Source: Octopus vulgaris (lineage: Eukaryota). Taken from it: a stretch of DNA of 64,000 bases. Below, piece after piece: positions 14,385-29,318 of the stretch (positions are counted from its first letter, which is position 1; each line of letters starts with the position of its first letter). The notes under the pieces were generated by a model. That model saw only the letters and a list, made by a program, of their open reading frames with translations. It was not told where the DNA came from and searched no databases. The stretch spans positions 150,164,001 to 150,228,000 of the forward strand of contig OX597817.1 of the NCBI GenBank assembly GCA_951406725.2, written 5' to 3'. The position numbers were made by a program, and so were the translations under genes.

Positions 14385-14605
14385 CCCTTTTGTTACTGTA
14401 TTTATTTTGAGAGGCTCTGTTTCTTTCATTTACTTTAAATATAACAAAGAATTTAGTAAAACAACTTCGTTATCATTAAGCTAGTGTTAGGAACATAAAT
14501 TGTGACTAATGGTTTGGTGGAAGATTTTAATTCAAAACTTATGAAAACAAGACATTTGTACTTACAGTACTAGAGGCGGTTTCAGCCGGGTTGGTAACGA
14601 AAGGG
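14385..14605. mobile_element. piggyBac-type (TTAA) MITE; second copy at 24930-25140
   Basis: TTAA|CCCTTTTGTTAC...GTAACGAAAGGG|TTAA; internal sequence near-identical to 24930-25140. Confidence 0.85.
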
Positions 14606-17600
14606 TTAAGGAATTGTAACATAGCAATCATACTCAGCTTCTCTGCTGAGTACAGCTGAAATCCCAGCTTATGAAAAAGCTGAGTAAAAGTACCTATGCT
14701 AAAATAGGAACCACACCAGATTTGGCAATTTCAGTTCACCTCATCAAAGGTCTTAGAAAGACTACATTCCATTTCACCAACCCATACATTCTGCTCTCAA
14801 CACATTACAGTAACATAAAGAGAGTGTACAATGTTATCCCAGAATGATTGTTGGGTAGCTTCTAAACAGAAAGCAGCTAACCACCTCCGTAGCCAGGACT
14901 ACTGGGGTATGGTTCATGGCTACCAATCAGTAACATTGTGATAAATCCAAGTCAAAAATAAATTAAATTCAGTATCTCTTTATGGAAGTTGAATAATGTG
15001 TTTATAGCTCTTAAAGTTGTCTATCAGTTCCCTGCATTATTCGTCCTAATTATTCTCAGTTCCAAATGTGGATTCTGTAAGCTAAATTCAAAATTTCATA
15101 AGGCTGTAGTATAAAATTTTTAATTATTCAAAATAAACTTCAAAAATTTAAAAACTCATCATCATCATCATCATCGTTTAACGTCCGTTTTCCATGCTAG
15201 CATGGGTTTGACAGTTTGACCGGGGTCTGGGAAGCCAGGAGGCTGCGCCAGGCTCCAGTCTGATCTGGCAGTGTTTCTACAGCTGGATGCCCTTCCTAAC
15301 GCCCCGTGAGTGTAGTAACAAAAAGGATGTGAAGAGAATAGTTGGGCTTTTTGTTTTGTTTTTTTTTGTCTTTGTTAGGTATTTTATTTACAATATATAA
15401 TTAAGTAGGGCAGCATTAGCTATATCCTAATGGTCATTGGCTGCTGGTAACCATAGGAGTGTCTGGAGATTGATTACATGGCCAGAACCTTCAGCTATGA
15501 GCTATAGCTTGTCTTGGAAAAGCTAACAAGAATAGGATTTATGTTGAGTAATGATGAGAAATTTTTAGTCTAAATTTAATGTTTTTTTAAATATTTTTCA
15601 AGTATAAACATATTTAAAAGAAATATGTAGTTACATACTGTTATGGTAACTTGGCATATCCATGTCTTCATGGGACAAAATTTTTTCTTAATATAATTTA
15701 TAACTGATATTTTCTGAAACTTTTGTATTTTTGTGGGTGGAAGTAATGGATCAGGCAAGTGACAGTATTAAGGTCCAGAACTTTATACGCATTCATCCTT
15801 TGATGGGATCACACTACAGTAGAAGCACTTTGAATATTCAGTGAAGTCTCAACAAAACAGTTGGTACCAGTGCACAGTCCTTATATCTCCTCATTTCCTG
15901 AATTACATCTGTGACAAAAATTCATGTTATATATTTGATCATGTGACCCCCTTATAATTAAAGATGATAGCTAAAAATTGGAAGCCTGTTAAAATTGATA
16001 AAACAGGTGAAACTGCAGCATGCTTTCATGTAGAAAACATCAACTCATCAGTAAAGACAAAACATAGGTGTGAGTGTGTAGTTAAGAAACTTGCTGCTCA
16101 CCTGTATGGTCTCGGGTTCAGTCCCACTGTAAAGCACCTTACACAGGTATCTTCTACTTTAGTCCCAGACTGACCAAAGCTGAGTGGATGGATTTGGTAG
16201 ATGGAAAGTGAAAGAAGCCTGTCTTATGTTTGTGTGTACCCTTGTCTTGGACCTTACATGATGATTGTGAATGAGCATCACTGTTGTGCAAGTGATGCTG
16301 TTGATTTCCAGTCTTCCATGGAAACAGGTGAAGGTTGGCAACAGGAAGGGCAACTGACTGTAGAAAATCTACCTCAACATATTCTGTTTGACCCATTGAA
16401 AATTGTATGTTCCATGATGGTGATTGTGATGTAGGTGGACAAATATCACAGCTTATTTAATAGAGCAAAGAGTGGAAAACTGCAGACTATAGCAGAGAAA
16501 TTAATCCTGCTTGCTACCAAAGCAATTACTTCTAGAATACTTGAGGACAAACAGACACACTGTAAAGTGGTGGGTGTTAAGAAGGGCATCCAGCTATAGA
16601 AATCATGCTAAACTTGACATAGGAACTTGTTGCAGTCTTGTGGATCATTGGATACTGTAGGTAGAAGACATTTGATAATGTTAAAAATCAACTTGTGAGA
16701 AGAGGGCTTATAAGTTAATATTTAGAACCCATGCTAGCATGGAAAGCAGATGCTAAACGATGATGATGAGATGAAACTTCATGTTTTTTTTTCTTCTATA
16801 CTACCCACAAGGGGCTACACAAGAACAGACAAAGGGATTAAGTCAATTACATTGACCCCAGTGCGTAACTGGTACTTAATTTATCGACCCCGAAAGGATG
16901 AAAGGCAAAGTTGAACTCAGAACGTAACAGCAGACGAATAAGTGTTCGTTTGCTGATATTCATCATCATCCGTTGTCCATGCTGGCATGGATTGGACGGT
17001 TTGACCAGGGCTAGTAAACTGAGGGACTGCACTAGACCCTAGTCTGATTTGGCATGGCTTCTACAGCTGGATGCCCTTCCTAATCCCAACCACTCATTTA
17101 GTGTAATGGGTGCTTTTACATGCCACTGGCACAGGTGTCAGTTTGCATGGCACCTACCATTTCATTGGTGTCATGGCAGAGAATTCGATAATTAGTGATG
17201 ACTTTCTGTTGGGCAGTCTTTGACAGTGTACATACTACCATTAATAGTTTGAATGATTTGATAAATGCAAAGGAAATTGGGTGGTCAGAACGTGAAGGAT
17301 TTGGTAATGATGAGGCTTCTACAATGTCCAGAGAACAGTATACAAGCCAAATAAAACCAAATGTCAAACGACATTATTGTCAGAAAAACTTAAAGACGAC
17401 TGGATAAAGAAGTGAAAGTAGATGAAGGACAGTTATTTCTTTGTGATAAGTCATTTTATAGGAGCAAATGATTCATTAACTCTTCATGGAGTCTTCGCTA
17501 ACATTTAAATGGCCTGGATTTACAACTGCAAGGGGGATCTGCAGCTAAAGTGTAAGTCTTGGTCGTGAAATTAGTTTTGTAGACTGAATGCCTTCAAAGT

Positions 17601-17702
17601 GTTGTTGTTTGTATAGCTCTCAGCATCTGGTGTTGACAACTCTGAAGAAATAAGACACTATTTCATTCATGACTTGTAGGATTGAAATAGTTTTAGAGAT
17701 TA

Positions 17703-18100
17703 CAAGCAGTATCACCCGGCGTTGCTCGGGTTTGTAAGGGAAATAACTATATAAGCATTTTTAGAGATGTAAAGTATAATAGCCATCTCAATATGGCTAA
17801 CCACAAAGGGGGGAGGTGTTACTGTAGCTTTTTACGTTCTGAGATTTAATAATAAATTTTTAGAGAGTTACTACCCTTATATATGCCCAAAATGCATTAA
17901 AAATGGGAAAAATTGATGGTAAATTTTTTTTTAAATCGTAGACTCATCGTAGACGCGCGCTAATACCCAGAAGGGCTCAATATGAATCACGACTATAAGA
18001 TACCCGGTTTTGGTTAAACTGCACCGCAAAATGTGGGAGTAGTTAGGAATCTAAATCGTAGAAGACAGACAGCACACAACCTCACTTTTATATATAAAGA
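17703..18100 (-). mobile_element. Non-autonomous Helitron, third copy
   Basis: Reverse complement of the 53065-53447 element. Confidence 0.8.
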
Positions 18101-21100
18101 TTTCCCTCTTGTGTATGACAATAACAAGTGAGTTTGTGTTCCATTTCATATAGTTGTAAAAAGAAATAAAATAAGATTCATTGAGGTCAAGTTTCTAGTA
18201 TTAGTTACATGTGAAATTGAGTGGCCAGAACTGGCATTCAAACAATTGAGATATTTACAACATACTCAACTACAAATTTATGTGAGAAGGCTTTCACCCA
18301 GCTGGGTTTTTTTTTTTGTTTTTGTTTTTTTGTTCTTATAGAAACAGGATGAATGTGGAATGTGATTTTAATACTGGCATTTTATTTTGTTGCATAGCTC
18401 TTTCAGTGAAGAGACGAAGCTTAGAAAACGAGTTTGTTGTTAGTAAAACCGGTTTGTTGAGCAGACATATGTCTTTAAAAAATACCTGGGGTCTGGGAAA
18501 AATTGATTTCAATGAAAGTGGGAAGGGCCTTGGAGGTGAAGAGGATGGAAACCACAGCTGGCTCGTTGACAATTGTTAGTTTTAGATAACACTGTCTGCT
18601 ATTCCATTTCCCTCTGCTTTCACTCAAAATCTTACCTAAGTTAGCTTTACCTTATCTTTTCAGTAGGGTTGAAAAAGTACCAGTCAATTCTTCCCCCTAC
18701 CTCTCTCTCTTTTGAAGTTTAATATTGAACCATTGAATTTGAAAAACATTACAGGTGATTCTTCATCTCATAAATTCACTCCTTTCTTATGATAATGTCA
18801 TTTTCCATAACAGTCGAAATTCAACGCGCACCTAATAATTTAATTCTAATTGTTTCTTCTACCTTTTAGGCAAACAGTTTGTTGCATAATACTTGTTTGA
18901 TTCTTGTCCTTTTTTTCTTTCTTTTTTGGTCACAGGTACTTTTCACAGTAAAAAGAGTAAGTAGTACACATCTAGTCCAGCTATTAACTCTAATTTATCA
19001 TACACCATTTAGTACCATTACAGTTACTTAACATACTACTACCAACACATAATAGAACTATTACAAGGTTATATTGTTCATAACAATGGAAGATTAAAAC
19101 TGTTAAACAGTTAATGGCAAATGTGAGTTTTCAGGATGCCAGCCTATCAATCAATTGGTTTTCATCCCATCACTAGCACTGATCTCTTTAATGGTGAAAT
19201 CCATGTAATTGTAAATCTTGGACAGACTACAGTTCACCATTATAAGCAGTTTAACCCTTTCATTACTATATTTCTGTTGAAATTCACTGTTTTTACTTCA
19301 ATAAATTATGAAAATAACGAAGGGTTTGATAAAATTACTTAAGCACTATTAATACATAAAGCGTGATGGGCCATGATCGTTGCTGTCAGGCACAGGTCAA
19401 CAGGCCACAATCATGGCCCAGATAGATGCATTTAATTTATGGGTGTTTGTTGGGGTCTAATGTCTCTCAAACACTCCGATACCCCCCAGAATGCAAGAGG
19501 AATAATAGTTCAACTAATGACTTTTCAGATGATGTAAAACTTGCCACCATTATTTACTAAGAAGATATTTTAACTATTTTTTTTTGTTTTTTATGTGTGC
19601 ATGGTATCTCATTTCCATAATATGTGCTCAGCAGTTCATGCAATGTAAGTGCAAGTCCCAGCGCTTTATGGGTTAAGTTTGGAACATGAATTAATTTGAA
19701 ATTTTTAGAGAAGGCTTTGATTTAGATCACTTAAAAACAGGAATTTGTATTGCAGAACTAGGATGATCTGAAGTGGGTTGGTATAAAAAATGGTGAAGTA
19801 ATGTTATTGAAACATGGTTTCTTAGCTTTCAGTACTAAGCTCAAATCTTTCCCAGACAAGAAACCATACAGGTGTATTTTCACTTGACTCTTTGAAGCCT
19901 TTTGAGAACCCTGATAACCTTGGAGATTATCATGTATTATTTATAGTTACATTCCTATAGCGATTATTCCTCATGCACTATCAGACCTCCTTGTAAAAAG
20001 TTAATTCAAAAGATTCTAACATTGGTGCCACATAAAAATCACCCAGTACACTCTGTAAAGTGGTTGGCATTAGGAAGGGCGGGCAGCCATAGAAACCATA
20101 CCAAAACAGACAATTGGAACTGGCTTACCAGCATAGAAAATTTAAATGATGATGTATTATTCCTCTCTGATTGAGTTCTTTCTGAAACCTTTCTTTCAAT
20201 AAAGTTGAGATTTAATAAATAAAAAATTATTAAGAAAGCTATTTTTGGTCTTCATTCTTTTTTTTTTTTTAATATCTTAAAATATATATAACACTTTTGC
20301 CTAGTAAACCCATTTTGTAGCAATTACTGAATAGAGAAATTCAAACCATATGTCATGAAAAGATTATGTAACGAGCTATCTAAAATATCAGATACAATCA
20401 GAGAAAAAAGGAGATTAGCAACACTATACGGGACACCTCAACATGGTCAGAATGACATTGGTGACCTTACGGCTATAGACATTGAGCAGTTAACTGATAA
20501 TGGTGAAGGGAACTATTACATGCCGTGGAAGATAGTACTGGATGAAGGATCAGGTTCATGGAAATCTGAGTAAGTTCAACACAATGGGGATGGTTTTTAA
20601 TTGCTTTGATGAGGAAGAACTATGCTGTGTCCCTTTTGGGAGGTAGGAAGAAATTCATCATCATCATCATCATCCAGTGTTTTAAATCTGGGTTTTGTAC
20701 CTGTTAACAGGGGTGGCTGGATCTACCTCAATGCCATAGCAACCAAGGTAGGCAGGTGCATCCCACCTCAACCATTGGGCTGGCTGGCACCCATTCTCCT
20801 TTGCTATTATGAGGCTTTTTTGGAGCTGGATTTTCTATGGGGAGCATGCCCTTGCTTACCCCCAACCTCAGTTTCTAGACATTGGGGTCTGTGGTGGTTG
20901 ATTTTTATACTTAAATGTAACTCAGGATAAGTATATTTAATCCTTTGTTTGTGTGAGTGATCCCAAGACCAAGGCCTCTACCACAATTTTTAAGAAATAT
21001 GGTAGAAAACTAGCTCAGGAATGCTACTCCTTGAGAGTCCCCCCACCCATCATTATAAGAGATTATTCTCAAGCCACAGACCTGCGACACTTAAGGGCCA

Positions 21101-22010
21101 GATGTCAAACCAGTCAGTAGTCTTAACTTATCACTCGGAAGCAGGTACAGCCCTTCCACACAGTTTCTGTACAGTGAATTTCAATCAGAAGACACAAAAT
21201 TGAACTGGGTACTGTGCATTATCAATGTTTGCTTTTTTAAGACTAAAGCGTAATTTGAGGTTCTTGCACATCAACATACCGTTCAGAGACTCCCTCATAG
21301 GCTCTAAAACTACTTGTTTTTGATTCTTGGTTGTTTGTCATTTCACTTTACTTCATGTGAAGAATCAGCATCATGACATCATTTTTCTTCTCTATCAACA
21401 TGAGATTTGGCGCTCACACAAGAAATCCAAATATTGCATGAATAAAACGAGAATCAAGAATGTATTGATGTAAACTTTACCTTTTATTCCTTCAAAATAA
21501 TGCCAGTATTGGTTTGTCCTGTGGTCGCTGCTAACCCCTGGCACGTAAAAAGCACCCACTACACTCATGGAGTGGTTGGCATTAGGAAGGGCATCCAGCT
21601 GTAGAAACACTGCCAGATCAGACTGGAGCCTGGTGCAGCCTCCTGGCTTCCCAGACCCTGGTTGAACCGTCCAACCCGTGCTAGCATAGAAAACGGACGT
21701 TAAACGATGATGATAATGATATTGTAGAAGCTGTAACTTAACCATCTCTGCTGTTTCCATAAGCAAGTGCCTAAGCTGCAAACACACTTATCACCTCTCC
21801 AACTGATGGATATGCCATGAAGGAAAGACATCAATATGTTCACAGCATCCATGGAGCAAACCAGTATTACACTAGTTAATTCAACTAAAATCCTCCTTTG
21901 CAACAGTTGGCTTTTTGCTAAATGAAATGAAATCCTTAGTTTAACATTGAATGTGAAAGTAGCCCAGAGGGTAGAGAATAAAGTATAACTGAAAATATTC
22001 AGTAACTCAT

Positions 22011-22385
22011 GATGATGGAAACACTCCGTCGGTTACGACGACGAGGGTTCCGGTTGATCCGAATCAACGGAACAGCTTGCTCGTGAAATTAACGTGTAAG
22101 TGGCTGAGCACTCCACAGACACGTGTACCCTTAACGTAGTTCCCGGGGATATTCAGCGTGACACAGAGAGTGACAAGGCCAGCCCTTTGAAATACAGGTA
22201 CAACAGAAACAGGAAGTAAGAGTGAGAGAAAGTTGTGGTGAAAGAGTACAGCAGGGATCACCACCATCCCTGCCGGAGCCTCGTGGAGCTTTAGGTGTTT
22301 TCGCTCAATAAACACTCACAACGCCCGGTCTGGGAATCGAAACCGTGAGTCTGCTGCCCTAACCACTGGGCCATGGTGCCTCCAC
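22011..22385 (-). mobile_element. Full-length SINE family A
   Basis: tRNA-like head with A/B boxes; flanked by a 12-bp TSD TCAGTAACTCAT (21999-22010 and 22386-22397). Confidence 0.85.
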
Positions 22386-22444
22386 TCAGTAACTCATAAG
22401 GATATAAGCACACTATTGGAAACTCCATCAATTTGTAGTGTTAA

Positions 22445-23033
22445 CCCCTTACCCAGCAAAGACGAGTTAACTTGTCATTTTCAGAGTGTTATGAGTAAAC
22501 TAGTCCAAAACATAATTTCGAAAACAGCCACATATGAGTTTATATGTCATTTCTCAGCTTTTATTTTATTTTATTTTTTTTACAAATTATGCCCAGATGT
22601 CAAGCTCAGAAGGTGAGTATGAAGCTTCTATTAGAAGCTTGGATACACCAGATGAGAGAGTGCAAGCTCGTCTGATAATGGCTATTCTTTCTTAAGTGAG
22701 GAGTAGGTAAAATAAGTACAGTATTTTATTTACATTTACTTTTGGTTATAAAAATTGGAAAAAAAATGATTTTTGTGAGGGCATGCTAAAAAAGAGTAAA
22801 ATGTGTAATTCCCCTTTACTTTTTATAAAGTTGGAAAGAAAAAAGCAATAAATAAAAAAAATATGGGGAGATGAGTTACCTCGTTTTTGCACCAAAAACG
22901 GTATCTTCAAAATAAAATATTGGAAATACATAAAAACAGAAGTTATTTCCATAATCAGCATTAAAAATACTACCAAAAAAAAAATGTCTTAAAATGAAAG
23001 GTTTATCCCCAAAAAATCCCACCAGGGAAGGGG
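22445..23033. mobile_element. piggyBac-type MITE, third family
   Basis: TTAA|CCCCTTACC ... GGGAAGGGG|TTAA. Confidence 0.55.
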
Positions 23034-23129
23034 TTAATAGTAAGGTTGCTTTTAGTCAAACCATCTTTTAGCTATTGACTATCACCAAAATCAAAATGTT
23101 AACCCCTTTTCTTACCATATTTCTTATTT

Positions 23130-23584
23130 ATATTTGTCCTCATCTTGTTTGTTGTTAACATATTTCAGCTGATATACTCTCCAACCTTCATCAAATGTCT
23201 TGGGGAAGTTTCAAACCTGGGCTCTCATTCCTAAGGTATTTTTCAATATTATTATTATTCAGGTCACTGCCTGGAATTGAACTCAGAATTTTGGGGTTAG
23301 AAGCCTACGCTCTTAACTACTACGCCATATGCTTGTGGGCAACTATGAAGTGAATTTTAAGGCTTATAAATTTAATATTTTCCTATCCTTCCTTAATACC
23401 AGTTCCCATATGCTACTCATATCTGCACTTGGTCTGCTTAGGAAGCTATTATGCCCTAGCATATGTACTACTTGTTTTAGTTTTTATTTTCCAGGGGTGT
23501 TCTCTGTCTGTTACAAGATGAGGACAAATATCCGTCAAATGTAAATAATGTACATAATTCCTCTTCTCTCAAATATAGAACTGT
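23130..23584 (-). mobile_element. Second locus of the tRNA/hammerhead element with an inverted terminal segment
   Basis: 23130-23340 matches 30750-30960; 23513-23584 is the opposite-orientation end finishing in ATATAGAACTGT, as at 31189-31200. Confidence 0.65.
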
Positions 23585-26500
23585 TGTGTTCTTTATTTCA
23601 ATTAATTTTAAAAATAAAGGATTTACTAAACTATCTCGGTTGTTACTAAGCTGGTAATTGCAGTATAAATTTACATGCAGTTTTAATTTAAATCACTTAA
23701 TAGTGAAAGCTTGTATCATAGAAGAAGGGTCAGTTGATATGAAAAGGGTTAAAATGAAGTATTGTGCTTCTAAATGGAGATGGAGACCCTGTTGTACAAG
23801 TGAAACTGTAGAATTTTAAGAACCTAGTTATAGTTTGATACTGGATCACCTCCTCTAATAACCCCTCTGTTGTAGCAAGACACCTGCTTCTGTCTCTTTG
23901 TCACACTATTTCATCCTGACCCTCTCATAATTCATTGAGTTTGTGAGTTTTCACCCCCCCCCCCCTCATGCTCAATGTTCCAAATATTTTAAACACATCA
24001 GATAATTAGCATATGCATAGATGAAGAACTTACACATAAAAACCCATATATTTTCTTCTTTAACCCTTTCACACCTGGTCCTGTGTCTAACTTTACCTTC
24101 TACCTAGGCTCCTGAGCAAAAAAATACTAAGAACAAAAGGTTTGCAAAGTGTAATAAATCATGTCATGAGGAAGAGAACTCTAATGTTTCAAGCAAAGCC
24201 CTGTCACAGAGATGAAATGTTTATTTAATAAAACTGTTAAATAGATTTGTTAGTTGTGACAATGAGAAAAATATCTTAAGGGGAGGTAATAAGAGGGATA
24301 ATGGCCAAAGTAAGGAGATAATATACAAGAACTTTGTTATGGAAGTATTTTACAGCATCCGCACAAAAATTGCAGAAATATACTGGGATTGAACCAATCA
24401 GTTATACACATGAAACAAGTCCTGTAATCCAGTGGTTCATAGGATTTCCACTTGAAATCCTTATTTTAAAAAAATTTATCTGGTGGAAAGACAAGCCCTT
24501 TTCTTTTGAAATTCGATTAATAATTTGAACTAAACAGAGCCAACAAATAACAGCAATTATAGCGTGAATCTATAGTTTATGGTGGTGATCTGCACAGCTT
24601 TATGATACCTATTTATAAGTTTTATAGGGTACTGAGTGTTATTTAAACTATGAATACAGAACACATTGGTGACAAAGTATGAATTAGCAAGCCCTTCAAC
24701 TTGTGTTACATTTCGAGTCAGCTATTTGTTGAACTTGTCAGAATTCTACCCAGAAACAGAAATTTCTATAACATCAAATATAATTTTCATTACAAAAGCC
24801 TCGATATAGTACTCTGATGTCACCCAAGCATCAAGACACAACACATACATAACCCATGACAGCATAAAAACACAGGATTACTGAGGGTACCTTTACAAAT
24901 TCATTTGAGAGTAGCCAAATCAGCCTTAACCCTTTCATTACTGTATTTATTTTGAGATGCTCTGTGTTTCTCTCAATTACTTTAAATATAACAAAGAATT
25001 TAGTAAAATAACTTAGTTATCATTAAGCTAGTGTTAGGAACATAAATTGTGACTAAGGTTTGGTGGAAGATTTTAATTCAAAACTTATGAAAACAAGACA
25101 TTTGTATAACAGAACCAGAGCCGGGTTGGTTACGAAAGGGTTAAATCATGCCCTACTATCTTAACCCTTTAGCAACTAGATTATTCTGTCAAATGTAATG
25201 CTTATTTATTCAGTTTTGAATTAATCATGAATTATTTTGTAGCTTTGAAATTTCAATGATATGATTATTTTTAGAATGACATTGTAGGCAAGTGTGAGAG
25301 GCTGAACCCCGACTAGTTTGAAAAGGTTAAGAAAATATTCACACCATGGCTTCACCTTTCCCAGCAACAATCTTCTGTCAGGTTCTTCACCATGCTTTTG
25401 GAAGGAGCCCGTAGTTGAATTTCTCCATAAGTTATATATGATTGTTTCACTCCCTACTAGGTTCTACTCTCTTTTACTTGTTTCAGTCATTTGACTGCGG
25501 CCATGCTAGAGCACCACCTTTAGTCGAGCAAATTGACCCCAGGATTTATTCTTTGGAAGCCTAGTACTTGTTCTATCAGTCTCTTTTGCCAAACCACTAA
25601 GTTACGGAGACGTAAATACACCAGCATCAGTTGTCAAGCGATGTTGGGGGGACAAACATATATATATATATACACATACATATATACGATGGGCTTCTTT
25701 CAGTTTCTGTCTACCAAATCCACTCAAGGCTATAGTAGAAGACACTTGTCCAAGGTGCCACGCAGTGGGAATGAACCCAGAACCATGTGGTTGGTAAGCA
25801 AGCTCGCTCATATTCTTGTTACTTGTGAGTATACCCTAGCACTACACCTCTTTTCTGCAATCTCTTACAATTTTGCTGTTTCCTACTCTCTCTCTTTCGC
25901 CTTGGTCACTCTCCTATTATTCCCGACTAGGTAACCAAATATCACCTTTACATCAGCACACTTCTTTCTGGCTTCTTTTTCTACCTCTCTCGAAGTAACC
26001 ATGTACCTCCTCTATAGCAAGACACCTATTTCTGCCTCTCTATTTCTCTGATACAATCTAACCTTCCATTTGATACTGGATCACCTCCTCTAATAACCCA
26101 TCTGTTGTGACAAGACACCTGCTTGTCTATCTGTCACACCATTTCATCCCAACACAAATGCCCTACTCCTCTCATAATTTATTGTTTTTGTGAGTTTTCA
26201 CACCCCGCCCATGCTCAATATTCAAAATGTTTTAAACTCATCTGATAATTAGCATATGTATACATGAACAACTTACACATAAAAACCCATATATTTTCTT
26301 CTTTAACCCTTTCACACCTGGTCTCCTGTATCTAACTTTACCTTCTACCTGGGCTCCTGAGGAAAAAAATAAATAGTTGCATTTACAGCTCAAGATGAAC
26401 GATTGCAGGCAAACTAATGGACAGAATCACAAGATTCAGACTAGGCCTTTTCCTCAACTACTGCATTTGTTCATTGCAGGCAATCAAATGGACAGAATCA

Positions 26501-26927
26501 CAAAAAGAAAAATTCAGAGTAAGAGGCCCATCTCTCAACTAACTCATTCACCTGAATCGCTACTTCCCTTATCACTTAGACCAGTTTGATTGCCCAAATC
26601 ATTCTCATTGTTTGCATGAGTCTCGGACATTTACACCCCATGGACAATTAATGATGATTTAAAACTTAATATATTGGAGGGGGTAATTGTCCTGATACGG
26701 TCTGCATAAGGGTACACTCTTCACCCAAAGAATAATTACCATCAATAATTTCCTCAACTGCAAAGAGTCTAGGCCCTGCTCATTTACAAGATGAAACGCT
26801 GGGTTCATCACAAAATCGTTATATTTTTAAGATTAAAAACAAAAGTAAACAACAGTTAAGGGAGACACCATTAACATTGAGTCATAAACACAAAGCTGAA
26901 ACATGATCAGCTATCTTATTTTATGTA

Positions 26928-27448
26928 CTGTAAATCCTCGAGTATAATTCGCATTTTTTTCCCAAAATTTAAAAGTCAAAATCCCTGGTGCGTACTATAT
27001 ACGAGGTTAAAAATAAAAAATATTTTCTAAGCAATGTCCGAGTTTCTATTTGCTGTCCGGCAATGTTTATTCAGACACATTTTGTGATATTGGGTGCGAA
27101 AATACCTTAAGCTAAACCTGAAAGCAATTAAGTCATAAAGAATCATCCATAACTTGCAGTAAGCAACATTTATTAAAATCAAAGTATTCAGAACACAGAA
27201 TAACATGTAACAAAAACAATTTGCAAACGTATTTACATTCCTATATAACAGTTAAGAACATCACCATTATTGTATTATGCATGCGTGGAAGTGTTTGTTC
27301 GACTAGGTACTGCTGGCTTAATTACGCACGACTCAAGTTAGAGAAGGGGTGCGTATTATACACAAAGTTTAGGTTTTTTTGAAGTACAGCCCCCTAAAAA
27401 TCCCCTGCATATTATACTCAAGTGTGGACTATACTCGAGGGTTTATGG
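26928..27448. mobile_element. Tc2/pogo-type MITE
   Basis: TA|CTGTAAATCCTCGAGTATAATTCGCA ... TGTGGACTATACTCGAGGGTTTATGG|TA. Confidence 0.75.
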
Positions 27449-27610
27449 TATATATTTTTTTTCTGTCTTTAGTTCATTACCGCCTTACCAGAAACATAGC
27501 ATGATAAGGTTAAATTTCATTCTGAAATAAAATAGCAAGTTATGTCACATTCACTAGAAATCAGATCCAGTAATTTCATGATGATGAAACTAATTACTAG
27601 TGTTTATTAA

Positions 27611-27824
27611 CCCTTCAGCATTCATATTACTGTCAAATGTAGAACTTATCAAATTTACATTGTTTTGAATTAATCATGCATTATCTCATTAGCTTTGAGA
27701 TTTTGATGCTTTGATTATTTTTAGAATGACATTACAGGATAGGTGTGAGAGGTTGGATCTTGCCATCTCAAACAGAAAACAGACAATATTTTGGCTGGAT
27801 ATGGCTGGTTTAAATGCTAAAGGG
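27611..27824. mobile_element. piggyBac-type MITE, second family; related copies at 25165-25326, ~50641-51080 and ~53690-54220
   Basis: TTAA|CCCTTCAGCATT...AATGCTAAAGGG|TTAA. Confidence 0.75.
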
Positions 27825-27981
27825 TTAAATTAATCAGTTATTTTACAAAATTTCCAGACAAAAAGAAAAAACTTTAGGGAATGCTTTATTTCTGAAATTA
27901 CAAAAGAATTCTGTAAAATATCAATCATACAAAAAAAAAACAACAAAAATACAGAGAAAGCAGTTATCTTTTTACGATATA

Positions 27982-28860
27982 CAAAGAGGTACCCAAAAGT
28001 AACTGGAAGCGTTATGTGGGACAAGCCCATTGTAGTTCAGGCTTCCGCTGCTAGAAGCCACTTGATGTGATCCTCAAGCATCAGTCTGCAGACTGGCATT
28101 GTCCAGTGAGGTCATACTGCCATGTGGTACATCTTTGTCTTGCAGTCCTTCTCCTCCGTTCATCGATTTCTGTGACAGCTGAAATGAAAGAACAGCTTGC
28201 TTCCGAGGAATTCTGTTTTGTGCTGGAGAAAACAGCAGCCAAAACAACTTACAAGTACGCTGCCAGGAGCAAAACACAAGTTTACGAATGGTTTTCACGC
28301 TTTAGGAATGGTCACTTGTTGTTTGAAGACCAACCTCATTCGGGACGACTGTTGACCTCCTAAACGAATGAAAAGTTTATGAATTGATCATGGAGGACCG
28401 TCACCAAACAATTGATAGACTTGACATGACTAGTGTGTCTTGAAGCTCCTGCCAACAAATTTTTAGTGAGGAATTGTGAATGAAAAGATTTGCAACAAAA
28501 TTTATGCCTCACTTGCTCATGGCAGATCAAAAGCAGTCACGACTGAATGTGTCGCGAACTGAAAGAACAGTTGGAAGTTGATCTGGACCATTATTTTTTT
28601 TTCAAAAGTCATCACTGGTGACGGAAGCTGGCACTAAAGAATTTGCAGATGTAGAAGAGGTGAAGAAAAAAAACGATGGAGGCATTAAAAGGCATCACTT
28701 CACAAGAGTTCCAGCATTGCTTCCAACAGTGGAAAATGCATCTGGATCAACACACTGCTTCAAAAGGAGAATACTTTGAAAGCGATGACAGTGTAATCAT
28801 GTAAAACTAAGTAAATAAAATAATATTGCAAAATTCCGGTTTCGTTTGGGTACCCCCTTC
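27982..28860 (+). mobile_element. Decayed, internally deleted mariner DNA transposon
   Basis: Imperfect TIRs CAAAGAGGTACCCAAAAGTAACTGGAA / TTCCGGTTTCGTTTGGGTACCCCCTTC with TA flanks; transposase HTH remnant FCFVLEKTAAKT...SKTQVYEWFSRFRNG...EDQPHSGR. Confidence 0.85.
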
Positions 28861-29318
28861 TATGAGTATTGACAAACGTTTTTACATCTATAAAACATTT
28901 TTTTTTTTTAGATTTTTCCATTTATAATTAAATCATAAAAAATATTTAAAATTCTGATTGATCAATACAACAAAGAAAATAAAAGAGAACTTCAATAATG
29001 GTAGGCATATATATATATATTTACATCACTGAGGGTAAAAACGTTAATATGTAAAGAGATGAAAGAATCATTATTTGTACAAGATATTACTTCTGATGTT
29101 TAAGTGCAGTATCATATTGAATAATTCATACATCAACAGAAACTGGTTCAAGTTGAAAGCAACTCAATCAGTTTTTATAAACAAATTATAAAGCAATGTT
29201 TGAACACCAAACAATACTGCATGAGTGTGTAAAATTTTTCTCTAAAGAAGAGTCTGATTTAAAAAAAAAAAGTTCTCTTCAGCTGCAAAAGCAACAGCGT
29301 TAATTATCCCCAAATAGT

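Noticed and set aside
20355-20573. 72-aa ATG ORF with protein-like composition
   Set aside because: KISDTIREKRRL...PQHG resembles a decayed RTE LINE C-terminus rather than a host exon.
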